Assembly: GCA_021790385.1 (NCBI GenBank)
Contig: JAJYDW010000003.1
Location: 25,869 to 89,868 of the forward strand
Length of the DNA stretch: 64,000 bases
From: Planctomycetota bacterium
Lineage (GTDB): Bacteria > Planctomycetota > Phycisphaerae > WQYP01
Direction: 5' to 3'
Shown: one piece after another, positions 19,018 to 27,879 of the stretch
How the letters are laid out: each line of letters opens with the position of its first letter
Position numbering within the stretch: position 1 is the stretch's first letter
The notes under the pieces: model-generated
The model's input: only the letters and a program-made list of their open reading frames with translations
What the model was told of the DNA's origin: nothing
Databases searched by the model: none
Position numbers and translations under genes: made by a program

Positions 19018-19734
19018 TCAATGCCCCATGAGGCTAAATCGAATAGCCAGCGCGTAAGCCAGGGCCGGTCTATAAAATGCCATTGCGTCTGGCCAATCGC
19101 GCAGACCGTAACCGCCATATCGCACGGTTAATATATCGCCGACACTGCGCCGCACCAGCATCTGCCGCAGGCGACCCGCAGATCCCGCAAACTGCCAGAT
19201 GATGATATGCCCCCACGCATCCCGCATCACTATCCTGGTCTGATGCCGCCCTACACGTATAGTCTTCCGTTCAGAAGGTAACCGCGCTGCCAGCGAAAAG
19301 TCATGCCCTATTGCTAAAGCCAACTTCTTCGAAAAACCGGGCCTTAATCGCAACAGATGCACGCCAGCCCAGTTCGCACGCACTTCAAATAGCGGATGTC
19401 CATGGATACCCGCCACAGATAGCCGAAAACTCCATGGTGTGCGAAAACGCCACAGCCCCAGTACTTCTACGTGCTGATGGGCCATCACCAGCGTACCGGT
19501 AAACAATCGCGAAGACGGCCGCGGCCACTGCGACAAGAAATCTTCAACCGCAGCCTCTCCCGGTGCCGGTCCGCGGGCCATCTTCATTTTCGGAGGCCTA
19601 ATGGCCACACATCCGCTCAGCAGCAACACCGCAGCAACCACCACAGAGATAAGACTGGGCCATAGGGGAGCAAACCAGACTACATCCGCATCTGGTGTTC
19701 GTGTCATGCGACCGCGTCCTGGCCTCATGCTCAT
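19018..19734 (-). CDS. Hypothetical lipoprotein
   Basis: It has the lipobox LLLSGCVA. The ATG at 19734 lies 1 nt after the epimerase stop. The track start at 19797 would overlap that gene by 62 nt. Confidence 0.5.
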   Translation of the reverse strand: MSMRPGRGRMTRTPDADVVWFAPLWPSLISVVVAAVLLLSGCVAIRPPKMKMARGPAPGEAAVEDFLSQWPRPSSRLFTGTLVMAHQHVEVLGLWRFRTPWSFRLSVAGIHGHPLFEVRANWAGVHLLRLRPGFSKKLALAIGHDFSLAARLPSERKTIRVGRHQTRIVMRDAWGHIIIWQFAGSAGRLRQMLVRRSVGDILTVRYGGYGLRDWPDAMAFYRPALAYALAIRFSLMGH

Positions 19735-19735
19735 C

Positions 19736-20626
19736 TTACAGCGCTCCGGAGGCATGATAATGCCCAATGCCCTCGGCCAAGCCAACCTCCGGCGCATACC
19801 CCAACGCAGTTCGAGCCAGCGAAATATCCGCCTCGGTGTGCTTCTGAAAAAAATCGTACGGATTTGGGAAATAATCCGGATGCAGTTGCGTCTTCAGAAC
19901 TTTGTTAAGCTCAGCAATCACAGAGTTAAAGCTTTCCGCCTTCCCGCTGCCCACGTTGCATACGTGGCAACCTTGCGCCTGCATTGCCAGCAGATTGGCC
20001 GCCAGCACATCGCCGATCCAGACAAAATCACGTCTTTGCCCGCCATCATGAAAAATTCGCGGACGCTGCCCCTTTTTCATCTGTTGTGCAAGTTGATAAA
20101 TCATCGAAGCAAATTTGCCCTTGTGCCCTTCTCCCGAACCGTACACATTAAAATAGCGCAGGCCGACAATCGGTAGTTTGGTTTCCTGATGCCATCGCCA
20201 GGCGAGATGTTCCATGGCCAGTTTGGAATAACCATACACATTCAACGGCGAAGGTTTCATGGATTCACGCATCGGGGCCGGCAAATTCCCATACACCGCC
20301 GCCGACGATGCCCATACCACCCGCGCCTTCCACGCAGCCGCCCATGAGAGTACCGTGCGAAAGCCTTCCACATTGTTGCGCATCATAGCCAACTGATCTG
20401 TCACGGTGGTATCAGTAATCGACGCTTGATGGCTGACGATGTCAAAGTGCCCGGCGGGCCTGTTATCACATCCGCCGGCTACCACGTCCCCGCGGAATTC
20501 CACCAGGTTGCGGAAACTACCGGACGAAAAATTATCCAGCACCACTATTTCATGACCTTTTTCCTGCAGCGTGTGGGCCAAATTGGACCCAATAAATCCC
20601 GCGCCACCAGTTACCAGGATTCTCAT
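19736..20626 (-). CDS. NAD-dependent sugar-nucleotide epimerase (SDR family), ADP-glycero-manno-heptose 6-epimerase-like
   Basis: The Rossmann motif is MRILVTGGAGFIGSNL, and the catalytic YxxxK lies in PLNVYGYSKLAMEHL. Confidence 0.8.
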   Translation of the reverse strand: MRILVTGGAGFIGSNLAHTLQEKGHEIVVLDNFSSGSFRNLVEFRGDVVAGGCDNRPAGHFDIVSHQASITDTTVTDQLAMMRNNVEGFRTVLSWAAAWKARVVWASSAAVYGNLPAPMRESMKPSPLNVYGYSKLAMEHLAWRWHQETKLPIVGLRYFNVYGSGEGHKGKFASMIYQLAQQMKKGQRPRIFHDGGQRRDFVWIGDVLAANLLAMQAQGCHVCNVGSGKAESFNSVIAELNKVLKTQLHPDYFPNPYDFFQKHTEADISLARTALGYAPEVGLAEGIGHYHASGAL

Positions 20627-20679
20627 GATATATCACCTTTATGATCAACGGGCACGCCCTTCCGGCAGCGTGGAAACCG

Positions 20680-21789
20680 CTATTCTCCTTCAGCAGCCGG
20701 CTGCTGCTGCGTCATGCAGTGTAACGTGCCCAGGCCCCAGGCCAAATCGCGGCAGTAAACAGGTATCACCGGCCGATCAGTAAAACACGCCTCTAATACC
20801 TTAAGTGCCGCACCATCCGCCGGATCATTAAATACCGGCACCAACACCCCGGCGTTGCAGACATAAAAATTGGCATAACTGGCCGGCAGGCGCTGCCCGT
20901 CAAAAATCACTGGCTTGGGCATGGGCAGTTCCGCCACATCCAAGGAGCGCCCGCGATGATCGCGCATTTTCCGCAGCCGCCGCATATTCTCCGCCAGCGG
21001 TGCATAATTGGGATCCCGCTTATCTGGCTCGACGCACGCGACGATAGTAGATGGACCGGTAAATCTGGCGGTGTCGTCGATATGCCCATGCGTATCATCC
21101 CCCGCTATACCCTGCCCCAACCACAACACTTTCCGCACTCCCAGAAAATCACAGAGCGTCTGTTCCACCCCCGCCTGATCCAGTCCGGGATTCCGCTGTT
21201 GCACCGACGAAAGCAAACATTCTTCGGTGGTTAAAACACAACCCGCTCCATTGACATCTATGCTTCCTCCTTCGAGCACAAAACGCCGCGGCTTTCCATC
21301 CGCCCCCTTCACCATCGGCTGATATAAAGACAGACCGGCCGACCGGGCGATAAACCGCGGTACCTGCTGGTCCAGAAGATAGTTTTTGTACTTTGCCCAC
21401 GCGTTAAACTGCCAGCCAACGGCTGCTACTTTAGCTGCGGCACCTCGGCCACGGCGTACCATGGTCGGCCCGGAATCACGCGTCCAGATGCGATCGGTCG
21501 GGCGAATATGAAGTCGGACATTGCCAAATTCTTCACCATGATTTCGCACCAGTATTTTCCTGGCCACAGCTCGCTCAGAGGCATCTTGTACCAGAATGTG
21601 CACCACTTCCCCGGCTGCAATCAAACGTACAATTTCTGCAAATATCCATGGAATAGGACCAAATTTCCCCGGCCAATCCGCCCGATGATGCGGCCAGGCC
21701 AGCCACGTGGCTGCATGCCAATCCCATTCCGCCGGCATGGAAAAACCCTGCCTGGAAGGAACGGAATTGTTCTGCTGCACTGTGCCCAT
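20680..21789 (-). CDS. aguA: Agmatine deiminase
   Basis: MPAEWDWHAATWLAWPH, the GDDTHGHIDD motif and the C-terminal GTLHCMTQQQP (catalytic Cys) are typical of agmatine deiminases. Confidence 0.9.
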   Translation of the reverse strand: MGTVQQNNSVPSRQGFSMPAEWDWHAATWLAWPHHRADWPGKFGPIPWIFAEIVRLIAAGEVVHILVQDASERAVARKILVRNHGEEFGNVRLHIRPTDRIWTRDSGPTMVRRGRGAAAKVAAVGWQFNAWAKYKNYLLDQQVPRFIARSAGLSLYQPMVKGADGKPRRFVLEGGSIDVNGAGCVLTTEECLLSSVQQRNPGLDQAGVEQTLCDFLGVRKVLWLGQGIAGDDTHGHIDDTARFTGPSTIVACVEPDKRDPNYAPLAENMRRLRKMRDHRGRSLDVAELPMPKPVIFDGQRLPASYANFYVCNAGVLVPVFNDPADGAALKVLEACFTDRPVIPVYCRDLAWGLGTLHCMTQQQPAAEGE

Positions 21790-21858
21790 AAAACCTTTCG
21801 ATAGCCACCGGGTACAGGCTCGCGGCCGGCCCGATCACCCACACCAGGCTCGTGGACG

Positions 21859-22743
21859 TTAGTCGCCAAAACGCTTGGTCAACGGGCCATAATATTCAAT
21901 ACGCCGATCCCGGAAAAATGGCCAGTTACGTCGCGTTATTTCCTGCTGGGCAGGATCAATTTCAGCAATTAATATTTCTTCTTCCTGCCGCCCCGCCTGT
22001 TCCAGCACTCGTCCGAACGGATCACAGATAAATGAACTGCCGAAAAATTCAATCCCGCCGCCCGTCGCCCCTTCATGTCCCACGCGGTTGACCGCCGCTA
22101 CATACACGCCATTGGCAATCGCATGTGATCGCTGCATCGTTTGCCAGGCGCTAACCTGGGCTTCACCAAATTCCGCCTTTTCCCGTGGATGCCAGCCGAT
22201 GGCCGTGGGGTAAAACAGTACGCTCACATCCTGCATGGCCGTCAGCCGAGCCGCCTCCGGATACCATTGATCCCAGCAGATCAAAACCCCCAACCGGCCA
22301 AATCGCGTATCAAAGGCCTTAAAGCCCAAGTCCCCCGGCGTGAAATAGTATTTCTCAAAATACAGCGGATCATCCGGAATATGCATCTTACGGTACACAC
22401 CCAGCAACGCTCCATCGGCATCCAATACCGCTGCGGTATTGTGATAAATTCCCGCCGCCCGTTTCTCAAACAGCGACACCACCAGCACCACACCCAGTTC
22501 TTTCGCCAGCCGCCCGAAAACTTCCGTGGACGACCCCGGAATCGTTTCCGCCAGGTCAAAAAGCTGCAAATCCTGAGTCTGACAGAAATACAAGCTGCGA
22601 AAGAGTTCCTGGGTACAGATCACCTGCGCACCGCGTTGGGCCGCCTGCCGAATGAGCGCTACAGCCTTGTCCATGTTGGTTGCTGTATGATCCACGCAAC
22701 TCATCTGCACCAGTCCCACCCTGAATTTTTCTGTGCGTGCCAT
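21859..22743 (-). CDS. aguB: N-carbamoylputrescine amidase (nitrilase superfamily)
   Basis: It has the CN-hydrolase fold: VGLVQMSC, TQELF and LICWDQWYPE (catalytic Cys). It is adjacent to aguA. Confidence 0.88.
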   Translation of the reverse strand: MARTEKFRVGLVQMSCVDHTATNMDKAVALIRQAAQRGAQVICTQELFRSLYFCQTQDLQLFDLAETIPGSSTEVFGRLAKELGVVLVVSLFEKRAAGIYHNTAAVLDADGALLGVYRKMHIPDDPLYFEKYYFTPGDLGFKAFDTRFGRLGVLICWDQWYPEAARLTAMQDVSVLFYPTAIGWHPREKAEFGEAQVSAWQTMQRSHAIANGVYVAAVNRVGHEGATGGGIEFFGSSFICDPFGRVLEQAGRQEEEILIAEIDPAQQEITRRNWPFFRDRRIEYYGPLTKRFGD

Positions 22744-22796
22744 CGTGTTTTCCTGTTGCTGACCAATTCGCCCTGCCGGGATTTTTAAGCCGCGGC

Positions 22797-22818
22797 TTTA
22801 CACCAGTGTAAAATTATA
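22797..22818 (-). promoter_or_regulatory. Candidate promoter -10 box (TATAAT on the minus strand, 22813-22818) immediately followed by a 7-bp-arm inverted repeat TTTACAC-N2-GTGTAAA (22797-22812), upstream of aguB-aguA
   Basis: The minus strand reads ggcacaaTATAATTTTACACtgGTGTAAAgcc, about 55 nt upstream of the aguB ATG. The palindrome covers the expected transcription start. Confidence 0.3.
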
Positions 22819-22876
22819 TTGTGCCTTTTATAAAATTGCGGATCCGCTGGCGTTAGCCTGTGGCGGCGTTTCACCG

Positions 22877-23887
22877 CTAAAATTGCCGCAGAAATCGCAG
22901 ATCATTTTCATAAAAAGCCCGAATATCCTCCACCCCATGCCGCCGCATGGCCACGCGCTCAATCCCCAACCCAAAGGCAAAGCCGGCATATTTTTCCGGA
23001 TCCACGTTTACCATCCGCAACACATTGGGGTCCACCATACCGCACCCGCCCAGTTCCATCCATTTCGTGGTACCATCGGCAAACTTAAAGCTGACATCAA
23101 ATTCCGCACTCGGTTCGGTAAACGGAAAAAAGCTCGGCCGGAAACGGGTTTTCACCTCCGCTCCGAAGAATCCGCGGGCAAACTGATCGATGCATGTTTT
23201 AAGATCCACCATCGTAACATGTTCATCCACGACCAATCCCTCCAACTGATGAAACATGTAGCTGTGCGTTGCATCCACCGTATCCGGACGATACACCCGG
23301 CCGGGTGCCACAATACGAATCGGCGGACGCTGCTTTTCCAGTACCCGTATCTGCACACTGCTGGTTTGCGAACGCATCATGTACAGAGGCGCACCCTCTG
23401 ATCCTTCCAGATAAAAATTATCCAGCGGATCACGGGCTGGATGCGTCAACGGCACATTCAGAGCCTCAAAATTATGAAATTCGTCTTCCAGTTCCGGTCC
23501 GCTGGCCACCGAAAATCCCATCATCGCAAACAAATCAATCAACCGATCTATGGTTTGCCCTATCAAATGCAGTGATCCTGGCCGGTAATGGTCAAACTTC
23601 AGCACCCCCGGCTCGGTAACATCCACCAGCGGACCTGTCGGCTCCGAGGTAGTACCTGTTCGAGCCTGACATCCTTCAAATTCTTTTGTTATCGCGGCCT
23701 TAACGGTGTTGAGTTGCTGCCCAAAGCTCCGCTTGCCTTCCGGTGGCATCGTGCGCAGTTGATCACTGGCCTCCTTGAGCAACCCCTTGGTGCCCAGATA
23801 CTTTACGCGAAAAGACTCCAACTGCTCTGGTGAAGTAATCGCAGAGAGTTCCGTGCGGGCAGAACTTAACAGTTGTTCCAAGTCCAT
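22877..23887 (-). CDS. pheS: Phenylalanine--tRNA ligase alpha subunit
   Basis: Class II aaRS motifs are present: RPGSLHLI, FRPSFFPFTEPSAEFDV and GFAFGLGIERVAMRRHGVEDIR. Confidence 0.95.
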   Translation of the reverse strand: MDLEQLLSSARTELSAITSPEQLESFRVKYLGTKGLLKEASDQLRTMPPEGKRSFGQQLNTVKAAITKEFEGCQARTGTTSEPTGPLVDVTEPGVLKFDHYRPGSLHLIGQTIDRLIDLFAMMGFSVASGPELEDEFHNFEALNVPLTHPARDPLDNFYLEGSEGAPLYMMRSQTSSVQIRVLEKQRPPIRIVAPGRVYRPDTVDATHSYMFHQLEGLVVDEHVTMVDLKTCIDQFARGFFGAEVKTRFRPSFFPFTEPSAEFDVSFKFADGTTKWMELGGCGMVDPNVLRMVNVDPEKYAGFAFGLGIERVAMRRHGVEDIRAFYENDLRFLRQF

Positions 23888-23982
23888 GGTTCGTCATCAG
23901 TTTGAAAATGGCGTGGCAATTTCTCCGGCAACCGACCGTGGATTGGGCATCCCACCGGCAGGATGACGCGGCTGCAGGACTA

Positions 23983-24351
23983 TTATGCCGCCACCAGTCC
24001 CAAAGCGTCGCGAGCCTTGGCCGCAATTTGGTCAAACGCCGCCGGGTCCGCAATGGCAAGTTCACTCAGGCTCTTGCGGTTAAGCGTAATATTGGCCTTG
24101 GCCAGGCCGTCAATTAACTGGCTGTAACGCAAGCCGCGCAGCTTAGCTGCGGCATTCAACCGCGTAATCCACAACGCGCGATAGTCCCGCTTCTTTTCCT
24201 TGCGACCGCTGAACCGGTTGGCACCCGCCCGCAGCAATGTCTCGTGGGCCGTCTTATAGAGTTTGCTCCGCCCGCCGACAAAACCTTTCGCGCGTTTAAG
24301 CAATCGTTTGTGCCGCTGTTTACGTGCCGCTCCAATTCTTACTCGTGGCAT
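23983..24351 (-). CDS. rplT: 50S ribosomal protein L20
   Basis: The sequence reads MPRVRIGAARKQRHKRLLKRAKGFVGGRSKLYKTAHETLLRA... Confidence 0.97.
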   Translation of the reverse strand: MPRVRIGAARKQRHKRLLKRAKGFVGGRSKLYKTAHETLLRAGANRFSGRKEKKRDYRALWITRLNAAAKLRGLRYSQLIDGLAKANITLNRKSLSELAIADPAAFDQIAAKARDALGLVAA

Positions 24352-24434
24352 ATTATACCTCTGTGCAAAATTACTGTCTTATATGTTGTTCTTTATCCTT
24401 AAAGCCGCATCACCACACTGGCTGCGGCCGGCCT

Positions 24435-24638
24435 TCAACGAGCCCCCGGCCCGAGCAGAGTTACCATCTTGGCGGCATACGGCCCTGTGATCGTGGTCGT
24501 GCCGCGCAAACGCCGTCGACGATTCCCCGATTTATGGCTCTGCAAATGACCCTTGTTATGCCGGTGAAATTTTATTTTCCCAGTAGCCGTCACCTTCACC
24601 CGTTTTTTGATACCCTTGTGAGTTTTCATTTTTGGCAA
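24435..24638 (-). CDS. rpmI: 50S ribosomal protein L35 (TTG start)
   Basis: The sequence reads MPKMKTHKGIKKRVKVTATGKIKFHRHNKGHL. The start codon is TTG, preceded by a GAGGTG Shine-Dalgarno sequence. Confidence 0.95.
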   Translation of the reverse strand: MPKMKTHKGIKKRVKVTATGKIKFHRHNKGHLQSHKSGNRRRRLRGTTTITGPYAAKMVTLLGPGAR

Positions 24639-25366
24639 TGCACACCTCTTTTTTTCAAATCAAACCAACCATCTCACTTTCCGTGGATTGCAACACTGAC
24701 CCGATGGGCCTTTGTGGCATCCTGCCGGAAATTGAGGCAGAGTAGTCTACGCGAGAATTACTTCTATTGCCAGCGTCCAAAAATCATCTGTTGTACCGAA
24801 GTAGAATTGTATCCTCTTATAGTCGGAATAGAAATGTCACTCTGGTAAGTCTGGTGAGGTATACCAGACGAAATGGAAAACTTAGTTGCTGTCGGCAAAC
24901 ACCCAGGGGTGGTTGGATGCCCCGCGTCGGCTTGAACGCGGATTGTTATCGGAATGGTTGATTAGCTACAAGGTTTGGCCACACCATTTCGAGAACCAAG
25001 GCGCGAGAAAAGCATTCTACATCCGCCGTGAATATCGCTACGGACTACCGGCAAATGACTTGGCAAATCTCCTCCTGCGCGTGGGTGCGGAAGCACGGCA
25101 GCTTGATCTTACCCATCACGATGCCCACAAATTCACTGTTTTAAGCTATTTTCCTCCGCCAAGAGTCGTTTTTTGAGTTTGGCACGCCAATTGCATTACC
25201 TATCTGTGGGCGATGAGATAGCCCAAAGTCGTTCTGCCGCAACAAGGTCCGGTCATCCGTGCGGGTGGTCAAGGACGGGCAGGCCAAAACAAAGCAACGG
25301 GAGCTTCCTATAAGGCTCAATTTTGGTTGTGTACAGGTGTTGGCCCATTTAATAAGGAGTCGAAAA

Positions 25367-25711
25367 ATGATACACCTCCGCCCCATTGACGCTTTCGGTT
25401 ATCGCGGGCAGGAGCCTCCTGCCAATCCCGGTGAGAAGGTCTTCCACATTCTTCATCCTCTGCACTGGCTAAGCTTCGTTGTGCTGATGACCCCCGCCAT
25501 CGGCATGACTCTTCTGGTGCTATTGCTGTTGGGAATTACGCCCGGTTCGGATAAACTCCCCATCGTAAATTCGCTTGTAAGGGTTTATCATGCAACCAGT
25601 TCCACCGCCTCCCGATCACCAGGCATTGTCAAACCTGCTGCAGAAGTTCGGCCAGCAGCATCTCATGAACTTTTACCACCGCCTGTCCTCGCCGGAAAAA
25701 TCGGAACTTGA
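25367..25711 (+). CDS. Possible small membrane protein that overlaps the next gene out of frame
   Basis: A strong Shine-Dalgarno sequence (AAGGAG) lies 7 nt before the ATG at 25367. There is one clear TM helix (WLSFVVLMTPAIGMTLLVLLLLGI). The frame stays open 122 nt into the UDP-sugar pyrophosphorylase gene. Confidence 0.3.
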   Translation: MIHLRPIDAFGYRGQEPPANPGEKVFHILHPLHWLSFVVLMTPAIGMTLLVLLLLGITPGSDKLPIVNSLVRVYHATSSTASRSPGIVKPAAEVRPAASHELLPPPVLAGKIGT

Positions 25712-27029
25712 CCGGCAGATAGCCTCCCTCGACTGGCCGCTGGTACACCAGTTGGTGCAGTCCGTTGTACTCAAACCTCAGACCTGGAAAATTCCAGCCG
25801 ACCTGTCCCCTCCCACTGTTTACCCGTACGTACCCAATGATGCATCTCAACAGGAAAAATACCGCAAGGCCTTTGCCCGCGGCGAAGACTTGCTGCGCCA
25901 AGGAAAAATTGCCGCCTTCGTTGTCGCTGGCGGCCAGGGCACTCGACTTGGCTGGGACGGCCCCAAGGGAACGTTCCCGGCCACACCCGTGCGTCAAAAG
26001 CCCCTTTTCCAATGCTTTGCCGAATTTCTTGTGGCCCTGGCTAAACGTTATGGCCGCGCGATTCCATTTTATATTATGACCAGCCCTATCAACCACGCTG
26101 CTACAGTCAGCTTCTGGGAGTGCCATCAATACTTCCATCTGAATCCGCAGCAGGTGATGTTCTTTCCGCAAGACATGCTGCCCGCCATCAGTTTTGACGG
26201 TAAAGCCTTGCTGGAAACACCGGCTAGCCTGGCCTTATCACCCAACGGGCATGGCGGATCACTCCTGGCACTACATAAAAGCGGGGCGCTCGCCGACATG
26301 CAACGTCGCGGCATCGAACAAATCAGTTATTTCCAGGTGGATAATCCCATTGTCCGCTGTATTGATCCACTCTTTATTGGTCTGCATGATTTGGACGAAG
26401 CCCAAATGTCCAGCAAAATGCTGCCCAAAGCCTTCGGCAAGGAGAAACTCGGTAATTTCTGCCTGGTAAACGGCAAACTCACTGTCATCGAATATTCCGA
26501 CCTGCCTGATTCGCTCGCAGAACAACGACTGCCCAACGGCGAACTTAGGTTTCGTGCCGGCAGTATTGCTCTTCATGCGATGCGCCGGGATTTTGTGGAA
26601 TCACTCAATGACCACGGCTTCGCTCTGCCCTATCATCGTGCGGAGAAAAAAGTGCCTTGTATTGATCCCATTTCCGGCCAACCCATAAAACCAGACAAGC
26701 CTAACGCGGTTAAAATGGAAACCTTCGTGTTCGATGCGCTACCCCTCACGACCCGTTCTATCATTTATGAAACCAGTCGCACAGACGAATTCGCCCCCAT
26801 CAAAGCTCCCACCGGAGTTGATTCCGTGGTCTCCTCCCGCGAAATAACCACTATCCGCAACGCCGAGTGGCTGCTAGCAGCCGGAGTCCAAATTCCCCGC
26901 CGACCGGATGGTACGCCCGATTGCAGCATCGAAATCGCCCCATCTTTTGCCTTGTATCCTCAGGATGTTCTGGCCAGAAAATCTGATATTCCACCCATTT
27001 CGGCAGGCGACAAAGTATATCTGCAATAG
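25590..27029 (+). CDS. UDP-N-acetylhexosamine/UDP-sugar pyrophosphorylase (UDPGP family, eukaryote-like UAP1 type)
   Basis: It has the N-terminal GQQHLMNFYHRLS, the nucleotide-binding loop VVAGGQGTRLGWDGPKGTFP, and PNGHGG. Confidence 0.88.
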   Translation: MQPVPPPPDHQALSNLLQKFGQQHLMNFYHRLSSPEKSELDRQIASLDWPLVHQLVQSVVLKPQTWKIPADLSPPTVYPYVPNDASQQEKYRKAFARGEDLLRQGKIAAFVVAGGQGTRLGWDGPKGTFPATPVRQKPLFQCFAEFLVALAKRYGRAIPFYIMTSPINHAATVSFWECHQYFHLNPQQVMFFPQDMLPAISFDGKALLETPASLALSPNGHGGSLLALHKSGALADMQRRGIEQISYFQVDNPIVRCIDPLFIGLHDLDEAQMSSKMLPKAFGKEKLGNFCLVNGKLTVIEYSDLPDSLAEQRLPNGELRFRAGSIALHAMRRDFVESLNDHGFALPYHRAEKKVPCIDPISGQPIKPDKPNAVKMETFVFDALPLTTRSIIYETSRTDEFAPIKAPTGVDSVVSSREITTIRNAEWLLAAGVQIPRRPDGTPDCSIEIAPSFALYPQDVLARKSDIPPISAGDKVYLQ

Positions 27030-27056
27030 GGCTTGGGGCGGCCCTTCCGGGTGCCG

Positions 27057-27076
27057 TCAAGCCGGTACCGGCTTGA
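27057..27076. repeat. Perfect 20-bp palindrome TCAAGCCGGTACCGGCTTGA (candidate operator or non-canonical terminator)
   Basis: I read it directly from the sequence. It lies 28 nt after the pyrophosphorylase stop and 105 nt before the corrinoid-protein ATG. No T-tract follows. Confidence 0.6.
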
Positions 27077-27180
27077 TGCCTGAAGCACCCGGCGGAGCTG
27101 GCACTTGCCAATCCAACCCCAAAACTATAGCATTACCAGTGCGTCGGCATGTTTCTCTCTTTATTTATGGAGAATATGTC

Positions 27181-27819
27181 ATGGTAGAGGCTGATCTCAA
27201 TTCACTCACGTTGGCCATCGGCAAGGGAAACCGCGCCGAAGCAGTGCGTCTGACCAAAGAGGCCATAAATGCCGCCACCCCGCCTGCCAAAGTGCTTGCG
27301 GCCATGGTGGCCGCCATGGACGATGTGGGCCGCAAGTTTCAATGTAATCAGGTCTTCGTTCCGGAAATGTTGATTGCAGCCCGGGCTATGCGCGAAAGCA
27401 TGGCTCTGCTGGAGCCGCTGCTGATAAAGGCTGGTATCAAGCCTGAATTTACCGCCGTTATCGGTACGGTGCAGGGAGACCTTCACGACATCGGAAAAAA
27501 CCTTGTGGCCATGATGTGGAAAGGGGCCAACTTCGGCGTTGTAGACTTGGGATCCAATGTACCTGCTGACAAATTTATTGCCGCCGTCCGCGAGCATAAC
27601 GCCAAAGTAGTCGGCCTCTCGGCCCTGCTTACCACCACCATGCCCGCCATGAAACAAACGGTTATGGCCTTGAAAGCCGCAAATTTACCGGGACTAAAGG
27701 TGGTAGTGGGCGGTGCCCCGATTACCGAATCCTTTGCCAGGGAAATAGGCGCGGATGGTTTTGCCGCCGATGCCGCCGGAGCGGTGGATACGGCACGGAG
27801 ACTGGTTGCCGCAGCCTGA
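27181..27819 (+). CDS. Corrinoid (cobalamin-binding) methyl-carrier protein, MtaC/MtbC/MtvC-like
   Basis: An N-terminal helical cap domain is followed by a Rossmann B12-binding domain. That domain has the DxHxxG motif (GTVQGDLHDIGKNLV), SxL (LSALLTTTM) and GG (VVVGGAP). The ATG at 27181 has a GGAG Shine-Dalgarno sequence 8 nt upstream. Confidence 0.9.
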   Translation: MVEADLNSLTLAIGKGNRAEAVRLTKEAINAATPPAKVLAAMVAAMDDVGRKFQCNQVFVPEMLIAARAMRESMALLEPLLIKAGIKPEFTAVIGTVQGDLHDIGKNLVAMMWKGANFGVVDLGSNVPADKFIAAVREHNAKVVGLSALLTTTMPAMKQTVMALKAANLPGLKVVVGGAPITESFAREIGADGFAADAAGAVDTARRLVAAA

Positions 27820-27879
27820 ACGGTTTCAACAGCCGTCTTTTCCGCAACGCAGAACACCATTCGACAAAGGCAGGTATCC

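Noticed and set aside
26908-27180. The upstream 91-codon extension of the corrinoid-protein ORF, which overlaps the end of the pyrophosphorylase gene.
   Set aside because: - The extension is low-complexity and crosses a 20-bp palindrome.
- The ATG at 27181 has a well-spaced GGAG and yields a corrinoid protein of the usual size, about 210 aa.
27030-27180. A cobalamin riboswitch ahead of the corrinoid operon, and in-frame amber (pyrrolysine) codons within the locus.
   Set aside because: - No B12-box-like GCCACTG core or matching architecture is seen in the 150-nt spacer.
- All nine ORFs are uninterrupted.
- None resembles the MttB/MtbB/MtmB families that use pyrrolysine.
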